A DNA stretch of 64,000 nucleotides, taken from assembly GCA_951406725.2 (NCBI GenBank), contig OX597818.1:18166001-18230000 (forward strand), given 5' to 3'. The notes beneath the pieces were generated by a model. That model did no database searches and was not told where the DNA came from. It saw only the letters and a program-made list of their open reading frames with translations. Shown here piece by piece: positions 53,425 through 64,000 of this stretch. Position 1 is the first letter of the stretch. Each line of letters starts with the position of its first letter. Both the position numbers and the translations under genes were made by a program. This DNA comes from Octopus vulgaris. Taxonomy: Eukaryota.

Positions 53425-53862
53425 CGAGCTGGCAGAATTGCTTGCACGCCGGGCGAAATGCTTCGCAGCATTTCGTCAGTCTTTACGTTCTGAGTTCAAT
53501 TGTCACCGTTGTCGACTTTGCCTTTTATCCTTTCGGGAACGATAAATTAAGTATCAGTTAAGCACAAGGATTGATGTAATGGACTGTACCCCTCCCTCCG
53601 AAATTTCAGGCCTTGTGCCTTTCTAGAAAAGATTATTATTATTAAGGCAGCGAGCCGGCAGAATCGTTAGCACGCCGGACAAAATGCTTAGTGGCATTTC
53701 GTTCGTCTTTACATTCTAAGTTCATATTCTGCCATGTCGACTCTGCCTTTCATCCTTTCGGGGTCGATGAAATAAGTATCAGTTGAGCACTGGGGTCGAT
53801 GTAATCGACTGTACCCCTTCCCCAAAATTTAAGGCCTTGTGCCTATAGTAGAAAGGATTATT
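53425..53862 (+). mobile_element. Tandem pair of family A SINEs
   Basis: Two head-to-tail copies at ~53425-53640 and ~53645-53862, each ending GGCCTTGTGCCT..TAGAAA.GATTATT. Confidence 0.85.
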
Positions 53863-54272
53863 CTTATTCTTAATACGCTCCAGATTTTGTAGATTCCGAT
53901 TATTCTGGAAATCGTTGTCAAATATTTTTCTGAGGAAGGGGAAACGTTTCAGAAAATTTGCACAAATCGGCTTTCTTTCCATTTAATTTTCAGAAAATTG
54001 GGTATTTTTTATGGAAGTTGTCCACAAATACTTTCAGATGGTGTAGATAACAATTACATCGGAATGTAATGTAGTCGAAAAGTTCCAGGACGTGGAACAA
54101 ATATAGTATTGTTGGACGCTCAGGAAAGAAGGAAAGAAGGAGGGTTTAACGTTTCAAGCGGAGCTCTTCGTCGGAAACATAGGAGAAGGAAAGATTCAGA
54201 GAAGGGAAGACAGAGGAAAAAAATCGCCAACGGTACACACGCGGTCACATTTTGAATGTGTCTATATATATA

Positions 54273-54500
54273 AAGGCGGCGAGCTGGTAGAAACGTTAGC
54301 ACGCCGGGCAAAATTCGTAGCAGTATTTCGTCTGTCGTTACGTTCCGAGTTCAAATTCCGCCGAGGTCGACTTTGCCTTTCATCCTTTCAGGGTCGATAA
54401 ATTAAGTACCAGTTACGCACTGGGGTCGATGTAATCGACTTAATCCCTTTGTCTGTCCTTGTTTGTCCCCTCTATGTTTAGCCCGTTGTGGGTAGTAAAG

Positions 54501-54504
<4 letters not shown>
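54273..54504 (+). mobile_element. Family A SINE, full length
   Basis: Same structure as 52160-52393, inserted in a TA run. Confidence 0.9.
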
Positions 54505-54547
<43 letters not shown>

Positions 54548-54549
54548 TA

Positions 54550-54760
54550 CAAGGGGTGTTGAAAGTTCCTGGCTTTAGGTAAAATAAATACAAGAGGATC
54601 AGGTAATTATGATTTTATTCAACGTATTCCCCTCTCAGATTCACACACTTATGACAGTGGTCCTTAAGTTTTTTTTAAAGCCCTGTAAAAGAACTGGATA
54701 GGTTCGGCCTCCAACCAAGCCTTTCACGACTACCTTAAAGCCAAGAACTTTCAGCACTAT
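54550..54760. mobile_element. mariner-like MITE
   Basis: TA-CAAGGGGTGTTGAAAGTTCCTGGCTTTA mirrors TAAAGCCAAGAACTTTCAGCAC. The right terminus is eroded. Confidence 0.7.
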
Positions 54761-54877
54761 GTGATGCGTGTCACTATGAATGAGTGTGCACCCATCAACT
54801 TATGTTTCATATTACATTCCCAAATAATCGTAATATTTACTGTCTAAAAGGTATCTGTAGAAGATTTAACTAAAATG

Positions 54878-55019
54878 TGGGTGTATGGTAAGAACTTTGC
54901 TTCCCAATCACATAGTTCCAGGTTCAGTCCCATTGCGTGACACCTTGGGCAAGTATTTCCTCGGACCGACCAAAGCTTGTGAGTGGATTCGATAGACGGA
55001 AACTGAAAGAAGCCCGGCG

Positions 55020-55077
<58 letters not shown>

Positions 55078-55288
55078 TTTGTGAATCTGTGTTTGTCTCC
55101 CCACTATCGCTTGATAACAGATGTTGGAGTGTTTACGTCCCCGTAACTTAGAGGTTCGGCAAAAGAGACCGATAGAATAAGTATTATGCTTACAAAGAAT
55201 AAGTCCTGGGGTTGATTTGTTCGACTAATGGCGGTTCTCCAGCATGGTCTCAGTCAAATGACTGAAACAAGTAAAAGAGTAAAAGAAT
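54878..55288 (+). mobile_element. Family B CORE-type SINE
   Basis: Head, internal TA/TATG tract, conserved 3' half and AGTAAAAG tail. Confidence 0.88.
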
Positions 55289-55427
55289 ATATAAGTTTTT
55301 ATAAAAGTTATGAGGAAACAAAGTTCAGGAAGAAGCACAATTGTGTAAAATATGACAAGATTCATCCTTGCCACTTGCACTACAGTTGTAATGATAAACG
55401 AAGGAGGTGTCAGAAGAGATAAAGAGT

Positions 55428-55486
<59 letters not shown>

Positions 55487-55487
55487 G

Positions 55488-55553
<66 letters not shown>

Positions 55554-55867
55554 TAAGGATGACAGCAAATGACAGAAATGGAAGGAAAAAAACACACAAG
55601 TATTGACAGATGTCTATGTGAGAATAATCGTAATAGTTGAGACATACACTTAGCTGTTAACAATCTCTCACGCCACTTTTTTTAAACTTCTAAAGGAAAG
55701 AAAATATCGTGAATTAAAGTATTTAAGTACATTAGATTTTCGACGTGTTATTCTATCTTATTTTAATATTTTGTTTACATATTTTAACATTGAAAATTTT
55801 TTTCTTTTAATTCTTTTCAGTTTCAACTTTTAACTTATATTTCTTCTCTCTAAATAAAATGAACACA

Positions 55868-55968
<101 letters not shown>

Positions 55969-56031
55969 CTATGAAATGTGTTCGTATAAATAAGTTTACA
56001 TCATTCTCTATATATATGTATATATATATAT

Positions 56032-56126
<95 letters not shown>

Positions 56127-56135
56127 CATACATAC

Positions 56136-56169
<34 letters not shown>

Positions 56170-56479
56170 GTACACATGCACATGTATATGTGTGTATGCA
56201 TATATATATCTATATATGTATGTAGTTATATGTATGGTTGTATGTATGTATATGTGTATGTACGTATGTATAAAAACTATTATTTTTTGACAATGATAGA
56301 TTGTAAAATATTTCACCATTTCATTTCCTATTTCCTTAACTCTAGAAAAAGAAATATGTAAAAAGGTAAAGGAAGGATGCTTAGATTGTGAAGATTGCCA
56401 AAAGAAATAAACGAGCCATCAAACAAATAAATGGATAAGTAAACAAGCAGAGAGAAACATGAATAAACAAATAAACAAA

Positions 56480-56518
<39 letters not shown>

Positions 56519-56699
56519 AAAAATAAATAAATAAACAAATAGAACGAGAGAAAATTACATCTTGATCTTTTTATTTGATAAATCTTTCATTTTCGATATA
56601 GATTTTCATTTGTCACTAAAGTAAACATTGTTGTTAGCAGGTTTAAGGAATACAAGATGAATTTCCGATTCTTTCCTTGGGCATTAAAGCAAAGTATGT

Positions 56700-56837
<138 letters not shown>

Positions 56838-57032
56838 GAATGAATGAATGTATGTATGTATGTATGTATGTATGTATGTATGTATGTATGCATGTATGTA
56901 TGTATGTATGTATGTATGTGTGCATGCATGCACGTATGTATGTACTCACACACGTGCTAACACGTATGCGTATGTATATCTATATCCATATCTATGTATG
57001 TATCTATCTGTCTATATCTGTGTGTGTATGTA

Positions 57033-57082
<50 letters not shown>

Positions 57083-57644
57083 GTACACATATATAAACAT
57101 ACATATACCAACAGATATATATATATATATACATATATATACTTATAATTAAGTATATATAAACAATCATGTAATATCGTGTGTATAAGTTTATATACAC
57201 ACATGCACACACACACGCACACACATGCGCGCACAAACAGATATATACATATAATATTGTATTGAATACACAATTGTGATCCCATTTTATATGATTTAGC
57301 CTAGGTTTTTGGCAGATAATTATATGAGTTCCTTGCAGCTTATTGGGGGAAAACTCAGGCTCGTAAATACTTGAAATACGTTTCCACGCTTTCGCAGTCT
57401 CATCTTCAGGGTGGAGTACTGTTGATAAGTTTTATTTCTACTTCATAGGTAATAGAACCAGTGGAAATGTTAAATTTTACTCGGAATGTAAATGTTGGGT
57501 GTTAGAGTGATACGACATCAGTCAGGCGTTTGGTTTTGTCCCTGACTGGTATCTGTATGTCTGATTTATCTCTATGTCTGGCTGTGTCATGCGTTTTATT
57601 TCCATCAATAATCCTATTTTCTAAGCCATTAATATATATTTGTA

Positions 57645-57820
57645 TACATTATTTACACTATTTACATTATTTACATTCAACGGATATTTGTCCTTATCTT
57701 GTTTGTTGTTAACATAACGTTTCGGCTGATATACCCTCCAGCCTTCTTCAGGTGTCTTGAGGAAATTTCGAACCTGGGTTCTCTTTCTGAAGGTATTTTT
57801 TGAGGTTGTTGTTGTTGTTG

Positions 57821-57873
<53 letters not shown>

Positions 57874-57951
57874 GTTCAGGTCACTACTTGGAATCGAACT
57901 CGGAATCTTGGGTTTAGTAGCCCGCGCTCTTAACCACTACGCCATATGCCC
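57645..57951 (-). mobile_element. tRNA-headed SINE-like element containing a hammerhead ribozyme
   Basis: Minus strand: GGGCATATGGCGTAGTGGTTAAGAGCGCGGGCTACTAAACCCAAGATTCCGAGTTCGATTCC (A/B boxes), then (AAT)n(AAC)n, a body, the HHR, and an (AATGTAAAT)~3 tail. Confidence 0.8.
57711..57756 (-). ncRNA. Minimal type I hammerhead ribozyme (Penelope-type)
   Basis: GACAC-CTGAAGA-A-GGCTG(GAGGGTATAT)CAGCC-GAAA-CGTT-ATGTT has intact CUGANGA and GAAA cores, a 5-bp stem II and palindromic stem III AACGTT. The sister copy reads GAAACGTC-GTGTT. Confidence 0.75.
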
Positions 57952-57953
57952 GT

Positions 57954-58085
57954 GGGCATATGGCGTAGTGGTTACGAGCGCGGTATATCAGCCGAAACGT
58001 CGTGTTAAAAACAAACAAGATGAGGACAAATATCCGTCGAATGTAAATAATGTACATAATTCCTCATCTTTTAAACATAGAACTA
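57954..58085 (+). mobile_element. Internally deleted inverted copy of the tRNA-head/hammerhead element
   Basis: The first 30 nt of the head (GGGCATATGGCGTAGTGGTTACGAGCGCGG) join directly to TATATCAGCCGAAACGTCGTGTT..GGACAAATATCCGTCGAATGTAAATAATGTA. Confidence 0.8.
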
Positions 58086-58163
58086 TATATTCATATACTT
58101 AACATGACGAGAACTTAGCCCACGCAGGCACATGTAAGTGTCAAAATCCATTTTTCTCTCTCG

Positions 58164-58244
<81 letters not shown>

Positions 58245-58288
58245 ATTACACACACTCACGCACATACACACACACGCACACGCACACG

Positions 58289-58331
<43 letters not shown>

Positions 58332-58809
58332 ACACACACACACACACACGTACATACACACACGACCATACCCAAATTTCACACTGATGTAGTTTCATAT
58401 GCTGATGATGAAAATCACATGCATATTATTCTAGGATTTAATAATATTTTCTATTATAGGCACAAAGCCTGAAATTTTGGGGGAAGGGATAAGTCGATTA
58501 CAACTTGACTGGTACTTATTTTATCGACTCCGAAAAGATGAAAGACAAAGTCTACAACGATGGAATCTGAGCTCAGAACATAAAGACGAATTGCCGCCAT
58601 GTATTTTTCCCCGGCGTGCTAACGATTCTGCTATCTCTCTACCTTTCTCTAGAAATTAATAATAAAATCCTATAAGAATTTGAAGTTAGGTAATTTTAGC
58701 TAATGGAAAGCCTGAATTGCCGGACATAGCAGAAGTCCCAAGTGTTCGTGCCCATGAGAACAGTACATACAAGGAATGCATTTTGCGTGGTCTGTTAGTC
58801 TGTGAGAAA

Positions 58810-58945
58810 GGATCCAGGTAAAAAAATGTCACAGGCGTTTTGTTCGGGGAGAGGGCTGTCCGAGGGGTTTTGTCCCAGGGGAGTTTTTTCCGGATCCCAT
58901 AAATTAATTGTGACTTTTTTTCCTGTGACTTTATTACCGGTCACC
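58810..58945. mobile_element. 136-bp GG...CC MITE with perfect 8-bp TSD
   Basis: TSD GTGAGAAA at 58802-58809 and 58946-58953. The imperfect TIR is GGATCCAGGTAAAAAAATGTCACAGG / CCTGTGACTTTATTACCGGTCACC. Confidence 0.82.
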
Positions 58946-60242
58946 GTGAGAAATAGGTGGTGTAGAAAGAATTTGTTACCAACTTTTGCCCATAAAATTT
59001 GATTACGATGTTATCGTAAAGAGACGACGGCGGCGACGATGACTTTTAATTTCAATTGACTTTGCATAGTATTATGTTTTAAAGCAGCTTTGATTGGGAT
59101 AAATGAAAGCAATTGTTACACTTTGCGAGATTCGAAACTATTAAAAATTAACACAAATGAAATGAAGTTACAACTTTGTGTAACATTTTATTTTGGGAAA
59201 TATACTCATCTTCGTATAGATAAACACCGCTCTGCCAACTTTGAATTGATGGCAAGGTTGTAAGAGATATTGGCTTCAAATTTTGGCATAAAGCCAGCAA
59301 GTTCGGAGGTGGGGTAAGTCGATTAAACGGTAATCAACTGGTATTTAGTTCATCGACTCCGGAAAGATGAAAAGCAAAGTGACTTCAGCGGAATTTAAAT
59401 TCGGAACGTGAAGACGGACGAAATTCCGCTAAGCATCTTGTCCGACATCCTAACGCTTCTGCCAGCTCGCTGCCCTATAAAGTTCTAAGACATGCTGTGA
59501 GGTGGTGAGTTTTAAATTTACTAATTGTCGGTATCTACTTACATCAATTAATGTCCTGATTACAAGAATTACGTTGGTGTTCATTTTGTCTCTCATTTCT
59601 GATTAGAAAAAAAAAAGAAGAAAAAGAAAAGAAAACGAGAAAGGAGCTTTGTCTCTGTGAAAATGAAAACAAAGTATTATTGTTGTTTAACTCCATGTTG
59701 GTTCCAATCCACAGACCGATCATTAGATGCATTTCAGCCATGCTCATCTCGACGGTTCTATTTTTTCTTTTTCGAGGTTGGTGTTAACTTTAGTGACCCT
59801 AACAAATATCAAATATGTCCTTCTAAAAACCGTTAGGGTGTCAGTTAAGGAAAAGGCGATATTAGAATTTAGCGGTCCACTTTCACTTGGTCAAACTTGC
59901 TTTTGGATCACCGGTCAACAACTGGGGATGCATGGGTAAACAGCAGTTCATGTTTTTGTTGTTGATGATGATGTAATAATGATGACGATTATGATGTATA
60001 ATTCTTTCTACTATAGGCACAAGCCCTGACACTTTGGAGCAAGGGGCCAGTCGACAATATTAACCTCAGTGATTGACTAGTACCTCATTTCTCGACTCAG
60101 GCAAGTCGGCCAAGGGGGAATTTCAACTAAGAATGTAGAAACGGACGAAATTCCGCTAAACATTTTTCTTGGTGTGCTAATAATTCTGCCAGCTCATCGA
60201 CTAAATAATGCATATATTAACGACAGAGGTAGCATTAATACC

Positions 60243-60894
60243 GAGAGATAATATTTATTCCCAGTTAAACGTGGATGTTCAGTTAGAACAAACTATACTG
60301 TGGTAGATACCATGAGAGGAATTCTCACATAGGCTTTTGGTGCAGAGTGCATGCATGTTTGTTTATATCGCCAGCGGGGAGAAAAATCCCCATCAATTCC
60401 AGCGTCGAGACCACCAGATCACGAGGTTTCGATTTTCCTTGATCTCATCGGTGATGGACGCTTGACCACTAGAAATAGCAGCGATTCATCTCTCTGCTAG
60501 TGATATATAGAATATCAGTGCCAGATCAGGCACTGGTGTCGCGTTTAGCCAGTAAGCTAGTATATATATTTTTAACAAGCTAACTGGCTAATCACGACAC
60601 CAGTACCTGATCTGGCACTGATTTTTTATATACCGTTAGCGGAGAGATGAGTCGCTTCTATCTGTAGCGGTCGAGCGTTTATCACCGATGAGGTCAAGGA
60701 AGATCGAAATCACATGATCTGGTGATCTCGAAGCTGGAGTTGGTGAGAATTTATTTCCCTGCTGGCGATATAAACAAACAAGCGTGCATTTTGCACCAAA
60801 AGGTTTACATGAGAGTTTCTCCCATGATATCCACCGCAGTAAAGTTTGTTCTGACAGAACATCCACGTTTAAGTGAGAATAGATATTACCTCTC
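60243..60894. repeat. ~650-bp imperfect palindrome (foldback element)
   Basis: Arms of ~320 bp align end to end (GAGAGATAATATTTATTC.. / ..GAATAGATATTACCTCTC) around a short AT loop at ~60561-60575. Confidence 0.92.
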
Positions 60895-61255
60895 AACTAA
60901 ATAACGATACATTAATCGTTTCAAATTATGGCACAAACCCAGCAAGTTCGGTGAAGGAGTAAGTCGGTTACATCGATCTCGGTGCTCAACAAGTAGTTAT
61001 TTTATCGACCCCAAAATTATGAAAGGCAAAGTCAACCTCGGCAGAATTTGAACTCAGAACGTAATGATTAAATGCCGTTAAGCATTTTGCCCGGCGTGGT
61101 AACGATTATACCAGTTCAACGACTTAATGATGATGTAATAATAATGATGATGATGTTTAGCACTGGATCAACCCCGATTAAGCTGACCGGGGAAAGCATT
61201 CCAGTTTTGACCATCCTGTTTACTTTTAGAAGTGTGTGAAGGATTACATTATCAT

Positions 61256-61558
61256 GGATGGAAGCACTCCGTCGGCTACGACGACGAGAGTTCCGGTTGA
61301 TCCGATCAACGGAACAGCCTGCTCGTGAAATTAACGTGTAAGTGGCTGAGCACTCCACAGCCACGTGTACCCATAACTTAGTTCTCGGGGATATTCAGCG
61401 TGACACAGGGAGTGACAAGGCCGGCCCTTTGAAATACAGGTACAACAGAAACAGGAAGTAAGAGTGAGAGAAAGTTGTGGTGAAAGAGTGCAGCAGGGAT
61501 CATCACCATCCCCTGCCGGAGCCTCGTGGAGCTTTTAGGTGTTTTCGCTCAATAAACA
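61256..61558 (-). mobile_element. 5'-truncated modular SINE with 13-bp TSD
   Basis: TSD ATTACATTATCAT at 61243-61255 and 61559-61571. The body is shared with family C and the tail with 62471-62655. Confidence 0.85.
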
Positions 61559-62470
61559 ATTACATTATCATACACGACTTGGCAGTCAAGTGAGAACCGG
61601 AGATCTAGTTTGCAGTTCAAGCAGAAGCAGCGATTAGGTCCATTAAACAATGCCTGTATTATTGTGACGTCTACAGCAGCGGTATACAAGATGAACTCTG
61701 TGGTCTGCACTTATCAATAGTAGCATGCAACCTTCAAACACTTCATCAAGATGAGCTATTTACCAAATCATTCCGAGTCACAACCATCCCGTCTCCTCTT
61801 TCGATCGTAAAACTACATATATGTAGTTCCTTTTTTGAATTCGTAGGAATGTTATATAGAGATTTGGTTTCTATTTCTAGCTGGTTGGGCGACTACGTAG
61901 TGGCTTCCTAATTAGGCTTTCAGAGAGAACCTGAATATATGAAACTTTGCGGATGCTCATTGGACGTTATGTTTTGGTGAAGAAATGAGTTGACGACGAT
62001 GAGAACGACGAAGCAAGATTCGTAATTTCAATCGACTGTTTTTCTTTGAAGCGGCTTTATGTCTGGTTGAAGATAAAAGAAAGAGAAAGCATTTGTTACT
62101 AGTTGCGAAATCTCAAAATAAACTCGAACCTACCAAACGTCGACACAAGTAAAAGTAAGATACATTCGGTGTGAAAGTTCCTGTTCGTAAAGCAATACAA
62201 CTATGTGTAGCTAAATACTACTTTACCAACTACTAAGTGACGACGGCGCGGCTGTCAGAGACACTTTTATGGGGTTAGATACAATTTACTGACTAATAAT
62301 GTTTAGTTACAGCAATTTACCTCATGATTTAAAAAAAAATTGTGTCTGTATACACTTTATCGTTCATCTGTCTCTGAAAAAAAAATTGACTGAACGAAAG
62401 TGAAAAGAGTTTTACGCCTGTGAAAAGGGGGGAAAAAAAGGAAAAAAAAATATTGTTGTTTCCAATCCAA

Positions 62471-62798
62471 CTGGCACTCCGTCGGTTACGACGACGCAGG
62501 TTCCAAGTTGGTCCGGTCAAAGGAACAGCCTGCTCGTGTAATTAACGTACAAGTAGCTGAGTATTCCATAGACACGCGTACCCTTAACGTAGTCCTCAGG
62601 GAGATTCAGCATGACGCACAATGTGACGTGGCTGTTTCTTTGAATTACAGGTACAACTACTTTTTTTGCAAGCTGAGCAAACGGGAGCAATGTGAAATAA
62701 AGTGTCTTGCTCAAGGACACAACGTGCTACCAAAGATCATACTCATCACCTTACGATCATGAACCGAATACCTTAACCACTAAACCAGCTGCCTTCAC
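62471..62798 (-). mobile_element. CORE-like tRNA SINE whose head is hit by a MITE
   Basis: Minus head GTGAAGGCAGCTGGTTTAGTGGTTAAGG..GTGTCCTTGAGCAAGACACTT. The outer TSD is TTCCAATCCAA (62460-62470) / TTCCAATTCAA (63249-63259). Confidence 0.8.
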
Positions 62799-63213
62799 GG
62801 ATCTTTTCGGTTTGAACGGCAGTTTTTAAAAATAATTTCCATGTAACTAAACACTTAAACTTCGTATACTGGTAGAATGTGTTTATTAAACATCTTTTTC
62901 TCTTGGCTTTATTGAAAAAATTCTATCGTTTGCAAGATATTTGTTGTTGTTTTTCTTCAATTTCTGCAATTTCAACCAATCAATGGCGTCTATTGAGCTG
63001 AAATCATTCTGTGCCGTATGAATATCTCCCTCGTTTAAGAAACAGATTGGGTTTATTTACATTTCTGAAGAAAAAAAAGATACCCTTCCCTCCACCCCTA
63101 ACCCTAACCCTAAAACAGATTGAAATGCAATAGATCGATACTAGGGTCATAATTATGGGTGACAATTTCATATGACACTGCTAGTAAAACTGCCATTCAG
63201 ACCGAAAAGATCC
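62799..63213. mobile_element. 415-bp GG...CC MITE with telomere-like repeat and 35-bp flanking direct repeats
   Basis: TIR GGATCTTTTCGGTTTGAACGGCAGTTTT / AAAACTGCCATTCAGACCGAAAAGATCC, with (CCCTAA)3 near 63096-63113. Direct repeats at 62764-62798 and 63214-63248. Confidence 0.9.
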
Positions 63214-63850
63214 CCGAATACCTTAACCACTAAACCACCTGCCTTCACTTCCAATTCAACAGACCGATGCTCAGTGACCATCTCGATATTTAATTGAAGC
63301 ATAGTGTTAGTTTCAATAACACTAACACATGTCAAATATGTTCTTTTTCAAATCGTAAGGGTGTAATTAAAGGAGAGGATAATGTTTGAATTTAGCGGCC
63401 CACTTTCACTTTGTGAAACCTGCATTTTGATAATCGGCCAACAACCGGGAATTGGGGTTAAATAACAACTTTGTTGTTACTGCTGGCATTGTTGTTATCG
63501 TTGTTGTTAATAATCCTTTCTACTACAGGAATACAAGGCCTGAAATTTCAGGTATTTAATTTATCGATCCCGAAAGGATGAAAGACAAAGTCAACCTCGA
63601 CGGAATTTGAACTCAGAACGTAGCGACGGGTGAAATACCGCTGAGCATTTCGTCGAGTGCGTTAACGATTCTGCCAGCTCGCAGTCCTATCGTTGTTAAT
63701 AATGATGATGGTATTTAGCTCTAGGTCAATGCCAGTCAATCTGATTGATGGAAGGCATTCCAGTTTTGACCATCCTGTTTTCTTTTAGAAGTATGTCAAG
63801 GACTTATATTACCAAACACACCCTGTCTCTTCACAAGATAGTAAGGATGT

Positions 63851-64000
63851 GGATCTTTTCCTTTTGAACGGCAGTTTTCAACACAATTTCTAGTTAACTA
63901 AACAATTTTAAACTTCGTATACTGGTAGAATGTGTCAAAATAAAACATTTTTTTCTCTTGGCTTTCTTGAGAAAATTGTAATTTGTAAGTTTAACGTAGT
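63851..64000. mobile_element. Second copy of the 62799 MITE family, cut by the window end
   Basis: GGATCTTTTCCTTTTGAACGGCAGTTTT..AAACTTCGTATACTGGTAGAATGTGT is colinear with 62799-62930. Confidence 0.88.

Noticed and set aside
57872-57951. Functional tRNA gene
   Set aside because: A/B boxes are present but the acceptor stem does not close, and the head runs into a repeat body. It is treated as a SINE-type head, as are those at 14000-14079 and 22935-23005.
60636-60896. 86-aa ORF in the palindrome arm
   Set aside because: The equivalent frame in the other arm has a stop after ~20 codons, and no motif is recognisable.
63096-63113. True telomere or chromosome fusion scar
   Set aside because: Only about three units, and they lie inside a TIR element.

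Overview
AT-rich, repeat-saturated eukaryotic non-coding DNA. The SINE repertoire looks like octopus/coleoid cephalopod (recognised from memory, not from a database search). I found no intact host protein-coding gene. Nearly all ORFs in the track are translated (TA)n/(CA)n/(TATG)n microsatellites or SINE bodies. The real coding signal is decayed transposon sequence: a Helitron Rep/helicase (6045-~10505, -) with a nested non-autonomous Helitron, two CR1/L2-group LINE RT remnants, an R4/Dong-type RT fragment and two RTE-type fragments. The window also holds dozens of tRNA-derived SINEs, a tRNA-Gly pseudogene and many MITE/foldback elements. The most notable observations are: (1) a tRNA-headed SINE-like unit with a Penelope-type minimal hammerhead ribozyme, head-to-head with a deleted copy of itself (57645-58085), plus other hammerhead relics; (2) several unrelated GG...CC inverted-repeat elements with 8-bp TSDs, and one with a 35-bp flanking duplication; (3) a twin-priming-type inversion in an RTE LINE; (4) long, nearly indel-free imperfect palindromes; (5) 5'/3' end swapping among Helitrons; (6) an old ~3-kb tandem duplication whose copies supply each other's empty insertion sites.
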